Source: Nitrososphaera viennensis EN76 (GTDB taxonomy: Archaea > Thermoproteota > Nitrososphaeria > Nitrososphaerales > Nitrososphaeraceae). From it: a stretch of DNA of 32,000 nucleotides. Both the position numbers and the translations under genes were made by a program. Each line of letters begins with the position of its first letter. Positions within the stretch are counted from its first letter, which is position 1. The stretch covers positions 780,001 through 812,000 of the forward strand of contig NZ_CP007536.1 in NCBI RefSeq assembly GCF_000698785.1, given 5' to 3'. The notes below the pieces were generated by a model. The model was not told the origin of the DNA, did not search any database, and saw only the letters and a program-made list of their open reading frames with translations. Positions 1 through 9,364 of this stretch are shown piece by piece.

Positions 1-732
1 CGGGTCTGTGACAGAAACAACCTGGCGCTCCCAGAAAGCCTTGTCAAAGAAGCCGTGTACTGGGCAACCAAGATCACAAACGCGCTGGCATCAAAAAGGA
101 AAGAAGACCAAGTCAGGATAAAGGTCTCCCCTGCAGAGATATCCATATTCTCTATAAGAAAGGCCTGCAAAACATCAGGGATATCTTGCTCTACACAAAG
201 GCTGGTAGATGCACATCGGAGAATCGGATACAGCAACATTGCAGACAAGAAAATCCTCAAAAACCTGAGGAGAATCAGCTTTGTAACAGGAATAAAATAC
301 GAAACCCTTGCTCCCAGAGACTATGTCTTCAACCTCACAAACTGTTTGATCTCTGACGAAGGCACAAGGTCCAAGCTGGCAAATATTGCAAACCCTCTGG
401 ACTATATTGAAAGGAGAATCTACAGCAGGTCACTGGAGATACTTGCAGAGGTCCGCGGAGAGGGTAGAAACAATGTCATGATAGCCGCAGCCGCTATCTG
501 CATTGCCGATAAGATTGAAGGCGAAGTGCTGGGATCCAGCATGATAGCAAAGGCGCTCCACCTAGACAAATACAAGGTTTCTCTTGCAATAGAACGTATC
601 CTGAGCCAGATGCGCGAAGGAGGAAAAGAAGTGAAATTCCGGACCAATCCAGCTGCAGAGTACAGGTCGCAGGTTTCTGGCGAATTCGCAAGATTCGGGC
701 AACGATGGCGGCCGAATGAAGGAGAGTCATAA
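1..732 (+). CDS. TFIIB/TFB-like transcription factor, cyclin-fold region (5' end outside window)
   Basis: Frame 1 is open from nt 1 (RVCDRNNLALPESLVKEAVYWA...), so the listed ATG at 55 is probably internal. Motifs resemble TFB cyclin repeats: NLALPESLVKEA, LAPRDYVFNL, and GRNNVMIAAAAICIA (compare the G-x-P-x-x-AAAA-Y-A pattern of TFBs). Divergent. Confidence 0.55.
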   Translation, partial: RVCDRNNLALPESLVKEAVYWATKITNALASKRKEDQVRIKVSPAEISIFSIRKACKTSGISCSTQRLVDAHRRIGYSNIADKKILKNLRRISFVTGIKYETLAPRDYVFNLTNCLISDEGTRSKLANIANPLDYIERRIYSRSLEILAEVRGEGRNNVMIAAAAICIADKIEGEVLGSSMIAKALHLDKYKVSLAIERILSQMREGGKEVKFRTNPAAEYRSQVSGEFARFGQRWRPNEGES

Positions 733-1825
733 GGAGATAATCCATTTGAAATCTGCCGCCCTGTCAAAAAACAGCATACAGGCGATATCCCTCGACCAGC
801 TGAAAAAGAACGAATGGAACTGCAACACGATGACGAAGGAAGAGTTTGAATCCCTTAAAACCAGCATGAAAATCGAAGGTCAGATAAATCCGGTCCTAGT
901 CACTCCACGCGGTGACTATTTCCTCATAATAGACGGTGAAAAGAGGTTCGCTGCAGCGACGGACCTTGGGTGGAAGTCATTGCAGGCCATAGTCGAAGAC
1001 GGTGTTAGCGACGACCAGGTAAAAGTCAGGTGCTTTACATCGCACTACAACAGGGGATTTCTGGATCCGATAAAGACGTTCAATCTGTTTTATGGTGAAT
1101 GGGTGAGAGAAAGCAGCAAGGCCTATGATGATGGCGAAGATGAAGGCGGTAGCGGCAAAGAGAAGGTGACGACAAGGCAGCTGGAGCAAAAATACGGTGT
1201 GGACCATTCATGGATTGTTCGAATTCTTACAATAAGAGAAATACCCGAGCCCGTACGGAAGTATATAAGCTCTTTGGTGCCCCGGGCACCAAGGCGGTTC
1301 TCAATAAAACATGCATTGGTACTGGCAGAAAAAGCAAATGTCATCCCTGAAGAGGAATTGAAGAAGGTGGTCGATTACTTTTTCAGCGCACAGAACAAGA
1401 AGGTGGAAAGCTACACGGACTTGAGATTTCTTTTGGAAACTGTGGTACAGGAATTACGTAACAAAACTCCCAACGATGATGATGTTGCTGACGGCTCCAA
1501 TCGTCAAGACTTTGATGATAATGACCACAACGATGCGCCAGACAAAACCGGAAAAGAGTCTGCTGGTAGCCGCAACGGCGGTAGTTCTACAGCATCAAGA
1601 CCAAAATCAAGGCCTTATGTTGAGGGGAATTTCGACTGTGAAGGCTGCGACAGCCACTACGTGATTGACTGGAACAATAAAAGAGTGCTAAAGCTCACTG
1701 CTGAAGACACATTTGTAAGGGCCTCAGAGGTCCAAACCCTGCCCGCCAAAGTTACTGACGGGTGTCCCAGGTGCGGCAATCAAATATCCATTGATTTTGA
1801 GGGAAGAACTTTCAGGTGGAGTTAG
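716..1825 (+). CDS. ParB N-terminal (ParB/Srx nuclease-like) domain protein with acidic linker and C-terminal CxxC...CxxC zinc ribbon
   Basis: ISLDQLKKNEWNCNTM...SLKTSMKIEGQINPVLV...YFLIIDGEKRFAAATDLG...AIV matches the ParB-N box pattern (I-D/V-G-x-x-R-x-x-A-A). The C-terminus has CEGCDSHY...CPRCGNQ. The start overlaps the upstream gene's stop by 17 nt. Confidence 0.7.
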   Translation: MKESHKEIIHLKSAALSKNSIQAISLDQLKKNEWNCNTMTKEEFESLKTSMKIEGQINPVLVTPRGDYFLIIDGEKRFAAATDLGWKSLQAIVEDGVSDDQVKVRCFTSHYNRGFLDPIKTFNLFYGEWVRESSKAYDDGEDEGGSGKEKVTTRQLEQKYGVDHSWIVRILTIREIPEPVRKYISSLVPRAPRRFSIKHALVLAEKANVIPEEELKKVVDYFFSAQNKKVESYTDLRFLLETVVQELRNKTPNDDDVADGSNRQDFDDNDHNDAPDKTGKESAGSRNGGSSTASRPKSRPYVEGNFDCEGCDSHYVIDWNNKRVLKLTAEDTFVRASEVQTLPAKVTDGCPRCGNQISIDFEGRTFRWS

Positions 1826-1876
1826 CTGATCACCGTAATCAGCCAGAACAATACATCTTCCGGTTTGATTCCTATC

Positions 1877-1883
1877 TTTTAAA
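1877..1883 (+). promoter_or_regulatory. TATA-like box (TTTTAAA) upstream of the first pilin gene
   Basis: The A/T hexamer context CTTTTAAA lies about 36-42 nt upstream of the 1919 start. The same box type recurs upstream of the 2454, 17008 and 20900 starts. Confidence 0.35.
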
Positions 1884-1918
1884 CTCTTGGAAACCTCGCT
1901 TTTGGTGCACAAAGAAAA

Positions 1919-2371
1919 GTGAATCACCTAAACAAGCTGAAGTCAGACAGGAGGGCAATCAGTCCGATACTGGCAACAATAGTCCTTATAGCCATAACAG
2001 TGGCTGGAGGGCTGCTCGTCTACAACGTCTTTTTTGCAACAGCAGGGACGATAAGCGCCAGAACACAGGTAGAGATAGAGTCGGTCAACATGGTAAAGAC
2101 GACCAGTGGCGCAACGGTCTTTAGCATCACTCTGCAGAACACGGGCAACAAATTCCTCAACTCTGTTACATACACGGTAACAGGAGACACAGGAACACTG
2201 ACTGCCACGCTGAACAACATGCAGCCGGGACAGTCGTTGAGCGACACAAAGACAAACCCGGCGGGATTCTCTGTAACGCCCGGCAAGACGTATCCAGTAT
2301 CAATAACTGCCACTGCAAGCGACGGAAGCACAGCCCAGTATACGTCGTCGGTACTTGCCAGCTCTGGTTGA
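1919..2371 (+). CDS. Archaeal type IV pilin-like protein (class III signal peptide)
   Basis: The N-terminus KSDRRA|ISPILATIVLIAITVAGGLLVY is the archaeal pilin N-terminal pattern: a basic stretch, a small residue, then SP-hydrophobic helix. It is followed by a Thr/Ser-rich, beta-rich domain. GTG start. Confidence 0.8.
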   Translation: MNHLNKLKSDRRAISPILATIVLIAITVAGGLLVYNVFFATAGTISARTQVEIESVNMVKTTSGATVFSITLQNTGNKFLNSVTYTVTGDTGTLTATLNNMQPGQSLSDTKTNPAGFSVTPGKTYPVSITATASDGSTAQYTSSVLASSG

Positions 2372-2416
2372 GCCTACAACAAAGAAGAAGGCTTTCCACT
2401 CCCTATTTTTTTCGCC

Positions 2417-2424
2417 TTTTAAAG
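2417..2424 (+). promoter_or_regulatory. TATA-like box (TTTTAAAG), preceded by a T-run
   Basis: CTATTTTTTTCGCCTTTTAAAG: the oligo-T is a possible terminator of the upstream pilin gene. The box is about 30-37 nt upstream of the 2454 start. Confidence 0.35.
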
Positions 2425-2453
2425 ATTCACCGGCCGATTTTTGTGGGAATTGA

Positions 2454-2984
2454 ATGATGGCAGATTCTGATGACCAGCAAGTCCACAGCAACAACCCGTC
2501 CCGAGGTCCGAGGAAGCGGGGAAGGGCCAGAAGAGGCTCAAGCGAAGTACTTGGAGCAGTACTGGTCGCGGTCATTACCATGGGCGCTTTTTCTGTTTAT
2601 GCCAGTTATGCACTAAACCAGACAAGCAATGAAGCCCAGTCGGTCGTTCAATCGTTAAGGAAAGGCACGTTAAAGCAAGGCCAGCTTCTCAGCGTCGTTT
2701 ACCACTGGGAAAAGGTTCAGGGTACAAGCACCCAGGTAAAGATCAGCCTGTACAACTACGGCTATGCCGATGTCAATGTAAAATACGTATTCATTGACGG
2801 GGTACCTCAGGATAGCTTTAACCTTCTTGCACTAGACGGAAAGCAAGCTAGCGCAATAAAGGTAGGCTCGGTAACCAACCTTGTCGTCGACGTTCCCTAT
2901 GCTGTCAATCCAATAGTTTCCGGTCAGAGTTACGAGGCAGTCCTTGTGACCGATGACAGCCTTGTATATTCATGGGGGCTTTGA
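2454..2984 (+). CDS. Pilin-like / FlaF-FlaG-like protein with basic N-terminus and hydrophobic helix
   Basis: RKRGRARRG|SSEVLGAVLVAVITMGAFSVYA resembles a class III signal peptide and is followed by a beta-rich domain. It lies between two clear pilin-type genes. Its stop is 3 nt before the next start. Confidence 0.6.
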   Translation: MMADSDDQQVHSNNPSRGPRKRGRARRGSSEVLGAVLVAVITMGAFSVYASYALNQTSNEAQSVVQSLRKGTLKQGQLLSVVYHWEKVQGTSTQVKISLYNYGYADVNVKYVFIDGVPQDSFNLLALDGKQASAIKVGSVTNLVVDVPYAVNPIVSGQSYEAVLVTDDSLVYSWGL

Positions 2985-2987
2985 GCA

Positions 2988-5900
2988 ATGACAAATGATG
3001 ATAAACGCAATAACAGTCATTCTCGCCGAAACAAAGGGATCTCGCCAGTCCTTGGCACAATAATCTTTGTGCTTGTTGCAGTGGCAGCAATAGGCACAAT
3101 ATCCTTCATATTCGTGGCCCAAGACAATTACAACACCGCTGTAAAGAAGAGCACGGAATTAGTTGGAAACAAGGGAAAGGAGCAGATATCTGTAGCACAG
3201 CTGGAAGAAGCAAAATTACAGATAGCAAACGATGGTCCTGCAACATCCAGAATCATCGGACTGGTGTCGGCAGACGATTCAACTGGGAACCTCAGTCTGG
3301 AACCTCTCAATCTGGCTTTACCCTCTGCACAGAAACTGGACTACACGATGCCTGTCAGTACTACAGGAGGAGGCCTTGGCAGCGGCAAGATGGGTCTCCT
3401 TACATCTTTGGGAAATATCTTCTGGGTAGACTCTAAACCGCTGCAGAACAAACCCCTTCCAGATTTTGCAATAGCCGTTGCACCGGATTCGCTGACAGTA
3501 GAACAGGGCAAGACTGGTACAGCGTCGATAACTGTGAGTCCCCTGAATAGCTTTTCTGACACTGTATTTCTATCTGCATCTGGCCTTCCTCAGGCCGCAA
3601 GCTATCTAATCAAGCCGTCAAGTGGAAACCCTCCATACGCAAGCACTTTGACGGTGCAGGTAGGCTCGACTACTCCGGTCGGGGTTTACACAATCACAAT
3701 TACAGGCGATGACAAGAATGGCAGAGTGCATTCTGCCACCTTGACTCTTCAGGTCAATGCCGCGTCTAACCAAGATTTCACCATAGCTGTGTCAACAAAG
3801 ACTGTAACTTTGCAGCAGGGCTCGTCTGCTGCAACAAATTCAATTACAGTGTCGCCGGTAAACGGCTATGACAGGACGGTAACGCTGGAAACATCAGGCT
3901 TTCCTGCAGGGGTTACCTACAGCTACAGCCCTCTCAGTGCAAAACCGTCGTTCACAAGTACGCTGACCATCGGTTCAGCAGCAAACACACCGACCGGGAC
4001 GTACGTAATCACGGTGAAAGGAAGCGACGACACCGGCAAGGTACATTCAGATACCTTTACACTCCAAATAACTGCTCAGCCAGACTTCGATTTATCTGTC
4101 AACCCGTCATCATTGAATCTGCAGAGCGGAGGTTCCGGCTCATCCGTGGTATCTGTAACGTCTCTGAACGGTTACTCTGGGCAGGTCAGCCTGTCGTTAT
4201 CAGGACTGCCAAATGGCGCTACTGCATCATTTAGCAAGCCTTCTGGAAGTCCATCTTTTACAAGCGTCCTCGACATCAACGCAGGCACTGCAAACGCGGG
4301 AACATACAACCTCATAGTGACAGGTACTGGAAGCGGAGGCGGCAAAACAAAATCCACCCAGCTGACGCTTACCATCCAAGAAACATCGTTTGACTTTTCG
4401 CTGGCGTTGGGTTCGAGCAGCGTAAACATCCAGCAAGGCGGAAGCAGCTCCAACACTGTTACGATATCACCAATCAACGGCTACAACAAGATCGTAAGCC
4501 TGTCAGTGTCTGGGATTCCATCCGGCGTATCTGCCTCTTTCAATCCCCAAAGTGGTGTCCCTGCATTCACAAGCACAATGTCAATATCCGCATCAACATC
4601 TGCGACACCAGGCTCGTACCCTGTAACAGTGCAGGCGCAGGGACAGGACGGGAAAACACATTCAACAACCTTTACACTGAAAGTGCAGGCAAAATACAAG
4701 CTAACGATATCAGTCCAGACAGCCGGACCGTCCGTCGCACCAACGACTTTCACCTCAGACACATTCAGCACAGGTCTGGACGGGTGGTCATACTGGGGAG
4801 ACAGCGGTTATGCACTGGCCAGAGACACAGGAACTGGTAGCCCTGCCCCCTCGGCAAAGATCAGCGGAGATGCGTTCGCTACTGTGCACGGCATACAGAA
4901 GGTGGTTGACCTATCTTCATGGTCAAAGGCAGGAACCCTCACGTTATCTTTCAATTACAGGGCTGCATCAGATTATGCGGGCAGCACGGTAACCAATGCG
5001 TTTGTCCGCATATACAATGCAAACACAGACCTGATACTTTACGAGGAGACGCTTGTAGCCGGTGGAACGCAGGACACCGGTTGGAAATCCTACAGCAAAG
5101 ACATCACCTGCAGCGTGCTGTCATCGTCTGGAAGCAGCACTAACAAGATCAGGGTCGTCCTGTTTCTGGGAGACGGGTGGAGGGCAAACTGGAACCAGAA
5201 GAACTGGTATGACAACATAAAGCTGGAAAGCTCGACATCAGCTGCAACCTGTGGAGGCACGACCAGCCCGGCTCCGGGAACATACTCCTACGTCGAAGGA
5301 GAGAGTGTGCAGGTAACTGCTCTACCCAACGCAGGATGGAAGTTGTCTCACTGGAGCCTTGACGGAGTAAGCGTCGGGTCCCAGAACCCTGCTTCGGTTA
5401 CCATGAACAAGGACTATGCGCTGGTTGCCGTATTTGCACAGGGTCAGTCAGGCAGCGATTTTGTGGTCTCTGCAAGCCCCTCTTCTTTGAGCATTGCAAA
5501 AGGCTCTTCAGGCTTGACGACTGTTGCAGTAAACTCGATAAACGGCTATTCTACAGGGGTGAGCCTGAGCTTGTCAGGTCTCCCTGTAGGGGCATCCTAC
5601 TCATTCCAGCCATGGTCGTCAAATGCTCCGTTTACCAGTACACTGACGATAAATGCCGGTACAGCAAACCCCGGGACATACACACTTTCCGTCACAGGAA
5701 CAGGTTTGGCTGACGGCAAGATCAGAACAACCACCATTTCTCTTACTGTAACGCCTCAGTTTGATTTCTCACTGTCACTGAATCCGTCTTCTGGGACCGT
5801 GCAGCAGGGAGGATCGGTTCAAACAACCGTAACAACAACCTTGCTGAGTGGTACATCAACTTCAGTGAGCCTCTCTGCAAGTGGAGGACCACTTGGAACA

Positions 5901-8102
5901 TCGTTTACTTTCAGTCCTGCATCCGGAAATCCAACATTTGCCAGTACTCTGACAATCAATATTCCAAGCAACGTTGCTACTGGCACATACCAGGTAACTG
6001 TTGCAGGAAGTGGCGGAGGCGTCTCAAGAACAGCAACGTACCAGCTGACGATAAGCTCACAGACAGCGCAGCCATTCAACTATGCTCTATCCGTCAGTCC
6101 CTCAAGCCTGTCCATTGCCAAAGGTTCCTCTGCGCAGACGACAGTCTCTGTAGACCTGCTCGCAGGATCCTCCGCGCAGGCCGTCGCGCTGTCATCAACC
6201 GGACAGCCTTCCGGCGTCACCGTCTCTTTCAACCCATCGTCAGGAAACCCAACATTCAAAAGCACCATGAGCATAAGCGTGTCCTCCGCAGCTAATGCAG
6301 GTACTTATACTCTGACAATAACCGGGACTTCCGGTGCCCTGGCAAAATCCACAACGTTAACACTGACAATAGTCAACGCAGCCGATTTTGCACTGTCTGC
6401 AACTCCTGGTACTCTCATAGTACATCAAGGCTCAGCTGGTTCAACCACAATCAAGATCGATGCAGTAAATGGATACAGCAACACGGTGTCACTGTCGGCC
6501 ACAGGTCTGCCTTCAGGCGTTACCTGTGCATTCAGTCCATCAAGCGGCAAGCCGACTTTTTCAAGTACGCTAACACTCTCCGCGTCCCAGTCAGCTGCGA
6601 CTGGAACATTCACAGTAACGATCAACGGTGCAGGTGCCGATGGCAAAACAAGGACCACAACTCTGACGCTTACAATACCCAAGCAGACAACCTATCCGCT
6701 TGCAGTAGCTGTCAAGGACCAGTTCAACGCGCCGGTGAAGGGAATCACCGTTACGATAGACTCCTCATCATACACAACCGATACAAGTGGTCAGGTAACA
6801 GTACAGGTCTTACAAGGAACCCACACTATAGCAGTTCCCTCTTCTTACCTCCAGTCGTCAGGCACAAGGTACTTGTTTGACAAGTGGAGCGATGGCGGAG
6901 TAACAGCAAATCCAAGGACCGTTACGGTTAACTCTGCAGTGACTTTTACTGCCATTGAGAAGAAGCAGCATTACCTGACGATGCAGACATCTGCATCATC
7001 AGCTGGTACTGTGTCTCCCTCCAGTGATTGGTATGATTCTGGCAAACAGGTGGCGATTTCAGCATCCGCATCGTCAGGCTACAAATTCGATACATGGTCA
7101 GGCTCCGGTTCAGGCTCGTATTCTGGAACAGCTAACCCTGCCACGATAACGGTAAATGCGCCCATCACAGAAACAGCAAGCTTCCAGAAGGTATACACCG
7201 TCAGCGTGAAAACGCTGGCAACCTATGGAGGTCTTTCGGCATCACCGTTATCTGGCCTGAAGGTGAAGATAGGGACCACCACAGTCCAGACAGATTCAAG
7301 TGGCATGGCAGCTTTTGCGCTCCCTGCCGGCACCTATCAGGTGAGCATTGTTGATACATCCACGACAAAGTCGATAAGCAGCGTTGATGTCAGAGGCTTT
7401 GCGTTCAAGTGGTGGGACAACCTCTCGACTTCAAATCCAAGGACGATCAGTGTGAACGGACCCTCAACACTGGTGGCGTACTACCCAATCACTTGGCAGC
7501 AGTACACATTGAATCCAAATACGTACACTGCAGAGGTTGCTGACCCCTCGAAAACCGACTCCCTTGGAAACCCTGTCCTGAGGTCGGTATCTCTGCCGTA
7601 TGCAAAGTCTGCCAGCAACTGGCTTCTTGGGTGGGAGTGGAGCATGGATGTGAGGACGGACAGCAAGGGAGCATACTTCGGCGCTCATGATTATGCCGCA
7701 TGGGGGTACACCAAGGCCTTTACAACAAAGTGGAACTCAAAGCTGACACCTGCAACTCATTCGTATGCGGTAGACAAACTGGCGATAAGCTATTCCGGCT
7801 ACTTGAATGTGAAAGGCATAACCTCGGATTCAGACCAGGGGCTTTACTTCAGGTACAGGGACACTTACAACAACAAGGGAGACACAAGCCCGTCTGTTGA
7901 CTGGACAAATACAAAATCGTACAACGGGGTGGTTGGCGCGGCCAGAGTGTTTACTCCAAAGCAGGTGATAGTAGGAGACTTGATGGTATCAACATACCAG
8001 TGGGCCAGAGGCTCCAACTTTGACATGAGGTTCAGCAACGGGTATGGGTGGACTACAAACAACATGGTCGCCACGCTTTACTTTACGCCGACAAATCCGT
8101 AG
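2988..8102 (+). CDS. Giant (1704 aa) pilin-anchored adhesin: class III signal peptide plus 8 Ig-like repeats, jelly-roll/CBM-like, InlB-B-repeat-like and CarboxypepD_reg-like domains, and an aromatic-rich C-terminal domain
   Basis: The N-terminus is RRNKG|ISPVLGTIIFVLVAVAAIGTISFIF. There are eight roughly 102-aa repeats of the pattern DF-x-(L/I)S-x-x-P-x-S(L)-x-(I/V)-x-QG-x-S...V-x-S-x-NGY...V-x-LS-x-SGLP-x-G...SF-x-P-x-SG-x-P-x-FTSTLT...GTY...T. GTVSP...GYKFDTWSG type repeats appear around aa 750-815 and 1330-1400. Confidence 0.85.
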   Translation: MTNDDKRNNSHSRRNKGISPVLGTIIFVLVAVAAIGTISFIFVAQDNYNTAVKKSTELVGNKGKEQISVAQLEEAKLQIANDGPATSRIIGLVSADDSTGNLSLEPLNLALPSAQKLDYTMPVSTTGGGLGSGKMGLLTSLGNIFWVDSKPLQNKPLPDFAIAVAPDSLTVEQGKTGTASITVSPLNSFSDTVFLSASGLPQAASYLIKPSSGNPPYASTLTVQVGSTTPVGVYTITITGDDKNGRVHSATLTLQVNAASNQDFTIAVSTKTVTLQQGSSAATNSITVSPVNGYDRTVTLETSGFPAGVTYSYSPLSAKPSFTSTLTIGSAANTPTGTYVITVKGSDDTGKVHSDTFTLQITAQPDFDLSVNPSSLNLQSGGSGSSVVSVTSLNGYSGQVSLSLSGLPNGATASFSKPSGSPSFTSVLDINAGTANAGTYNLIVTGTGSGGGKTKSTQLTLTIQETSFDFSLALGSSSVNIQQGGSSSNTVTISPINGYNKIVSLSVSGIPSGVSASFNPQSGVPAFTSTMSISASTSATPGSYPVTVQAQGQDGKTHSTTFTLKVQAKYKLTISVQTAGPSVAPTTFTSDTFSTGLDGWSYWGDSGYALARDTGTGSPAPSAKISGDAFATVHGIQKVVDLSSWSKAGTLTLSFNYRAASDYAGSTVTNAFVRIYNANTDLILYEETLVAGGTQDTGWKSYSKDITCSVLSSSGSSTNKIRVVLFLGDGWRANWNQKNWYDNIKLESSTSAATCGGTTSPAPGTYSYVEGESVQVTALPNAGWKLSHWSLDGVSVGSQNPASVTMNKDYALVAVFAQGQSGSDFVVSASPSSLSIAKGSSGLTTVAVNSINGYSTGVSLSLSGLPVGASYSFQPWSSNAPFTSTLTINAGTANPGTYTLSVTGTGLADGKIRTTTISLTVTPQFDFSLSLNPSSGTVQQGGSVQTTVTTTLLSGTSTSVSLSASGGPLGTSFTFSPASGNPTFASTLTINIPSNVATGTYQVTVAGSGGGVSRTATYQLTISSQTAQPFNYALSVSPSSLSIAKGSSAQTTVSVDLLAGSSAQAVALSSTGQPSGVTVSFNPSSGNPTFKSTMSISVSSAANAGTYTLTITGTSGALAKSTTLTLTIVNAADFALSATPGTLIVHQGSAGSTTIKIDAVNGYSNTVSLSATGLPSGVTCAFSPSSGKPTFSSTLTLSASQSAATGTFTVTINGAGADGKTRTTTLTLTIPKQTTYPLAVAVKDQFNAPVKGITVTIDSSSYTTDTSGQVTVQVLQGTHTIAVPSSYLQSSGTRYLFDKWSDGGVTANPRTVTVNSAVTFTAIEKKQHYLTMQTSASSAGTVSPSSDWYDSGKQVAISASASSGYKFDTWSGSGSGSYSGTANPATITVNAPITETASFQKVYTVSVKTLATYGGLSASPLSGLKVKIGTTTVQTDSSGMAAFALPAGTYQVSIVDTSTTKSISSVDVRGFAFKWWDNLSTSNPRTISVNGPSTLVAYYPITWQQYTLNPNTYTAEVADPSKTDSLGNPVLRSVSLPYAKSASNWLLGWEWSMDVRTDSKGAYFGAHDYAAWGYTKAFTTKWNSKLTPATHSYAVDKLAISYSGYLNVKGITSDSDQGLYFRYRDTYNNKGDTSPSVDWTNTKSYNGVVGAARVFTPKQVIVGDLMVSTYQWARGSNFDMRFSNGYGWTTNNMVATLYFTPTNP
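3459..4691 (+). repeat. Tandem block 1 of four ~103-codon Ig-like domain repeats inside the adhesin gene
   Basis: aa 158-568. The repeats are diverged at the DNA level and clear at the protein level (PDFAIAVAPDSL..., NQDFTIAVSTKT..., QPDFDLSVNPSS..., TSFDFSLALGSS...). Confidence 0.8.
5451..6680 (+). repeat. Tandem block 2 of four ~102-codon Ig-like domain repeats inside the adhesin gene
   Basis: aa 822-1231 (GSDFVVSASPSS..., QFDFSLSLNPSS..., FNYALSVSPSS..., AADFALSATPGT...). Confidence 0.8.
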
Positions 8103-8188
8103 TATGCAAATAATTATCTTTCGATTTTGGTGCATAACAAGATGCAGTCAGACTAGGGGAAAGAATATTGCAATAGAATTAAGGAGGT

Positions 8189-9226
8189 CTAGACATCCGC
8201 AATGTGAACTTTGAATTTGTCTTTATTCTCTTTTTTAACTTGGACTGACCGTAGGAAAGTTACAGTTTTGTAGTTGCATTTGCCGCCATCAGAGCGACAG
8301 TCAATAGCAGATGCACTAATCACCACTGGTGTGAATGAACCGCCTTTTCTTGCATTGTTGACTGCAGTCGCAATCGTTTTTTCGAAAGCAAATTCAGGAT
8401 TTTCTGCGCTGGTTTTCTCATTTAGGAAGCGTCCAGTCGTTGAACGAGTTGCATCGACGAAGATGATACGTCCCCCTTGTCCTATTCCGTTGTCAATATC
8501 GCCTGCCACTTTATTCCTTTCAATAAATGACTTAATTTCACTTGTAATATCCTGTTCATCATGCTCCGGTCCTCTCGGTTCGTCATTGATGGCTTTCACC
8601 TCACACGGCAGATCATCAATTAGAAAGTCATGTTTCTTATGGAACGAGACTCGTAATCCTGCCTCACTTGCAAGGACCGGGAACTTTACTTCAGCAATGA
8701 CACTCCACAAGCCGGTTGGCAATTTTATGTAGAATTTCTCAAACTCATCATCATAGGGCTTGCCTCCTTTCACCTCAAACCTCTTTCCATAGTGGAGGCT
8801 AACCTTATATTGGCTGATATTACCGAGATCCGCCGACATCTCGCTTACGATTCTCGCCTTTTTCGTATCAAATGTACTCCTGTCTACTTGTGAGCATCTA
8901 TAGTACCAATAGCAAAATCGTAGGAGTTCCAAGATTATGGGCTCAGTTGCATACTCGAAACCGGGCGTCTTCCATTCTCTAATTGTCTCGAGGAAATATG
9001 GTTGGAAAAGTTCATCCATGGGCATTTCGTTCTGCAGCATCTTCCAGCCGTCTACAACTTCCGCAGCTTTTGCTGATTCATAGATAGCTGCGGATATCTT
9101 GATTTTGAAGCCACCGAACACGACTGTGTCAGAGTCGATTATTTGCGGTACTGAATCTTTGTCAGTAACTATACCTGATGTACGAATAGCAAGAAACCTC
9201 GCATCATCGATAAAGTCCACATCCAA
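8189..9226 (-). CDS. Hypothetical protein (345 aa), third gene of the AT-rich minus-strand cassette
   Basis: Long ORF with a TTG start and no family recognised by eye. The possible short D...E-x-K element (FLIDDLPCEVKAI) is not convincing on its own. Confidence 0.55.
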   Translation of the reverse strand: MDVDFIDDARFLAIRTSGIVTDKDSVPQIIDSDTVVFGGFKIKISAAIYESAKAAEVVDGWKMLQNEMPMDELFQPYFLETIREWKTPGFEYATEPIILELLRFCYWYYRCSQVDRSTFDTKKARIVSEMSADLGNISQYKVSLHYGKRFEVKGGKPYDDEFEKFYIKLPTGLWSVIAEVKFPVLASEAGLRVSFHKKHDFLIDDLPCEVKAINDEPRGPEHDEQDITSEIKSFIERNKVAGDIDNGIGQGGRIIFVDATRSTTGRFLNEKTSAENPEFAFEKTIATAVNNARKGGSFTPVVISASAIDCRSDGGKCNYKTVTFLRSVQVKKENKDKFKVHIADV

Positions 9227-9364
9227 ATTTGAGGTTCCCTTTCTAATTTCTGTCTTTTGGCATTTGCTGCGTTCTTTCTTTAATCACCTGTGTAGAAATA
9301 AAGGCTTTGACGCATTCGCCCGCACATATACACGCGAAATTAATGAAAAGCAGATCCTTTCTGG

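Noticed and set aside
420-767. Minus-strand ORFs of 115 and 83 aa antisense to the TFB-like gene
   Set aside because: They are shadow ORFs within a motif-supported plus-strand gene.
1816-2124. 102-aa ORF overlapping the start of the first pilin gene
   Set aside because: It is out of frame with a strongly supported pilin ORF, and its sequence is basic and low-complexity.
3128-8074. Many 60-100-aa antisense or out-of-frame ORFs inside the adhesin gene
   Set aside because: They are nested in a 5.1-kb ORF with clear protein-level repeat structure. Such ORFs are typical shadows of repetitive Ser/Thr/Gly-rich coding sequence.
8103-8188. Search for direct or inverted repeats flanking the AT-rich cassette (compared with 12392-12473)
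   Set aside because: Only a weak CAATA..GAATT resemblance was found. There is no convincing target-site duplication or terminal inverted repeat, so the insertion mechanism is unresolved.
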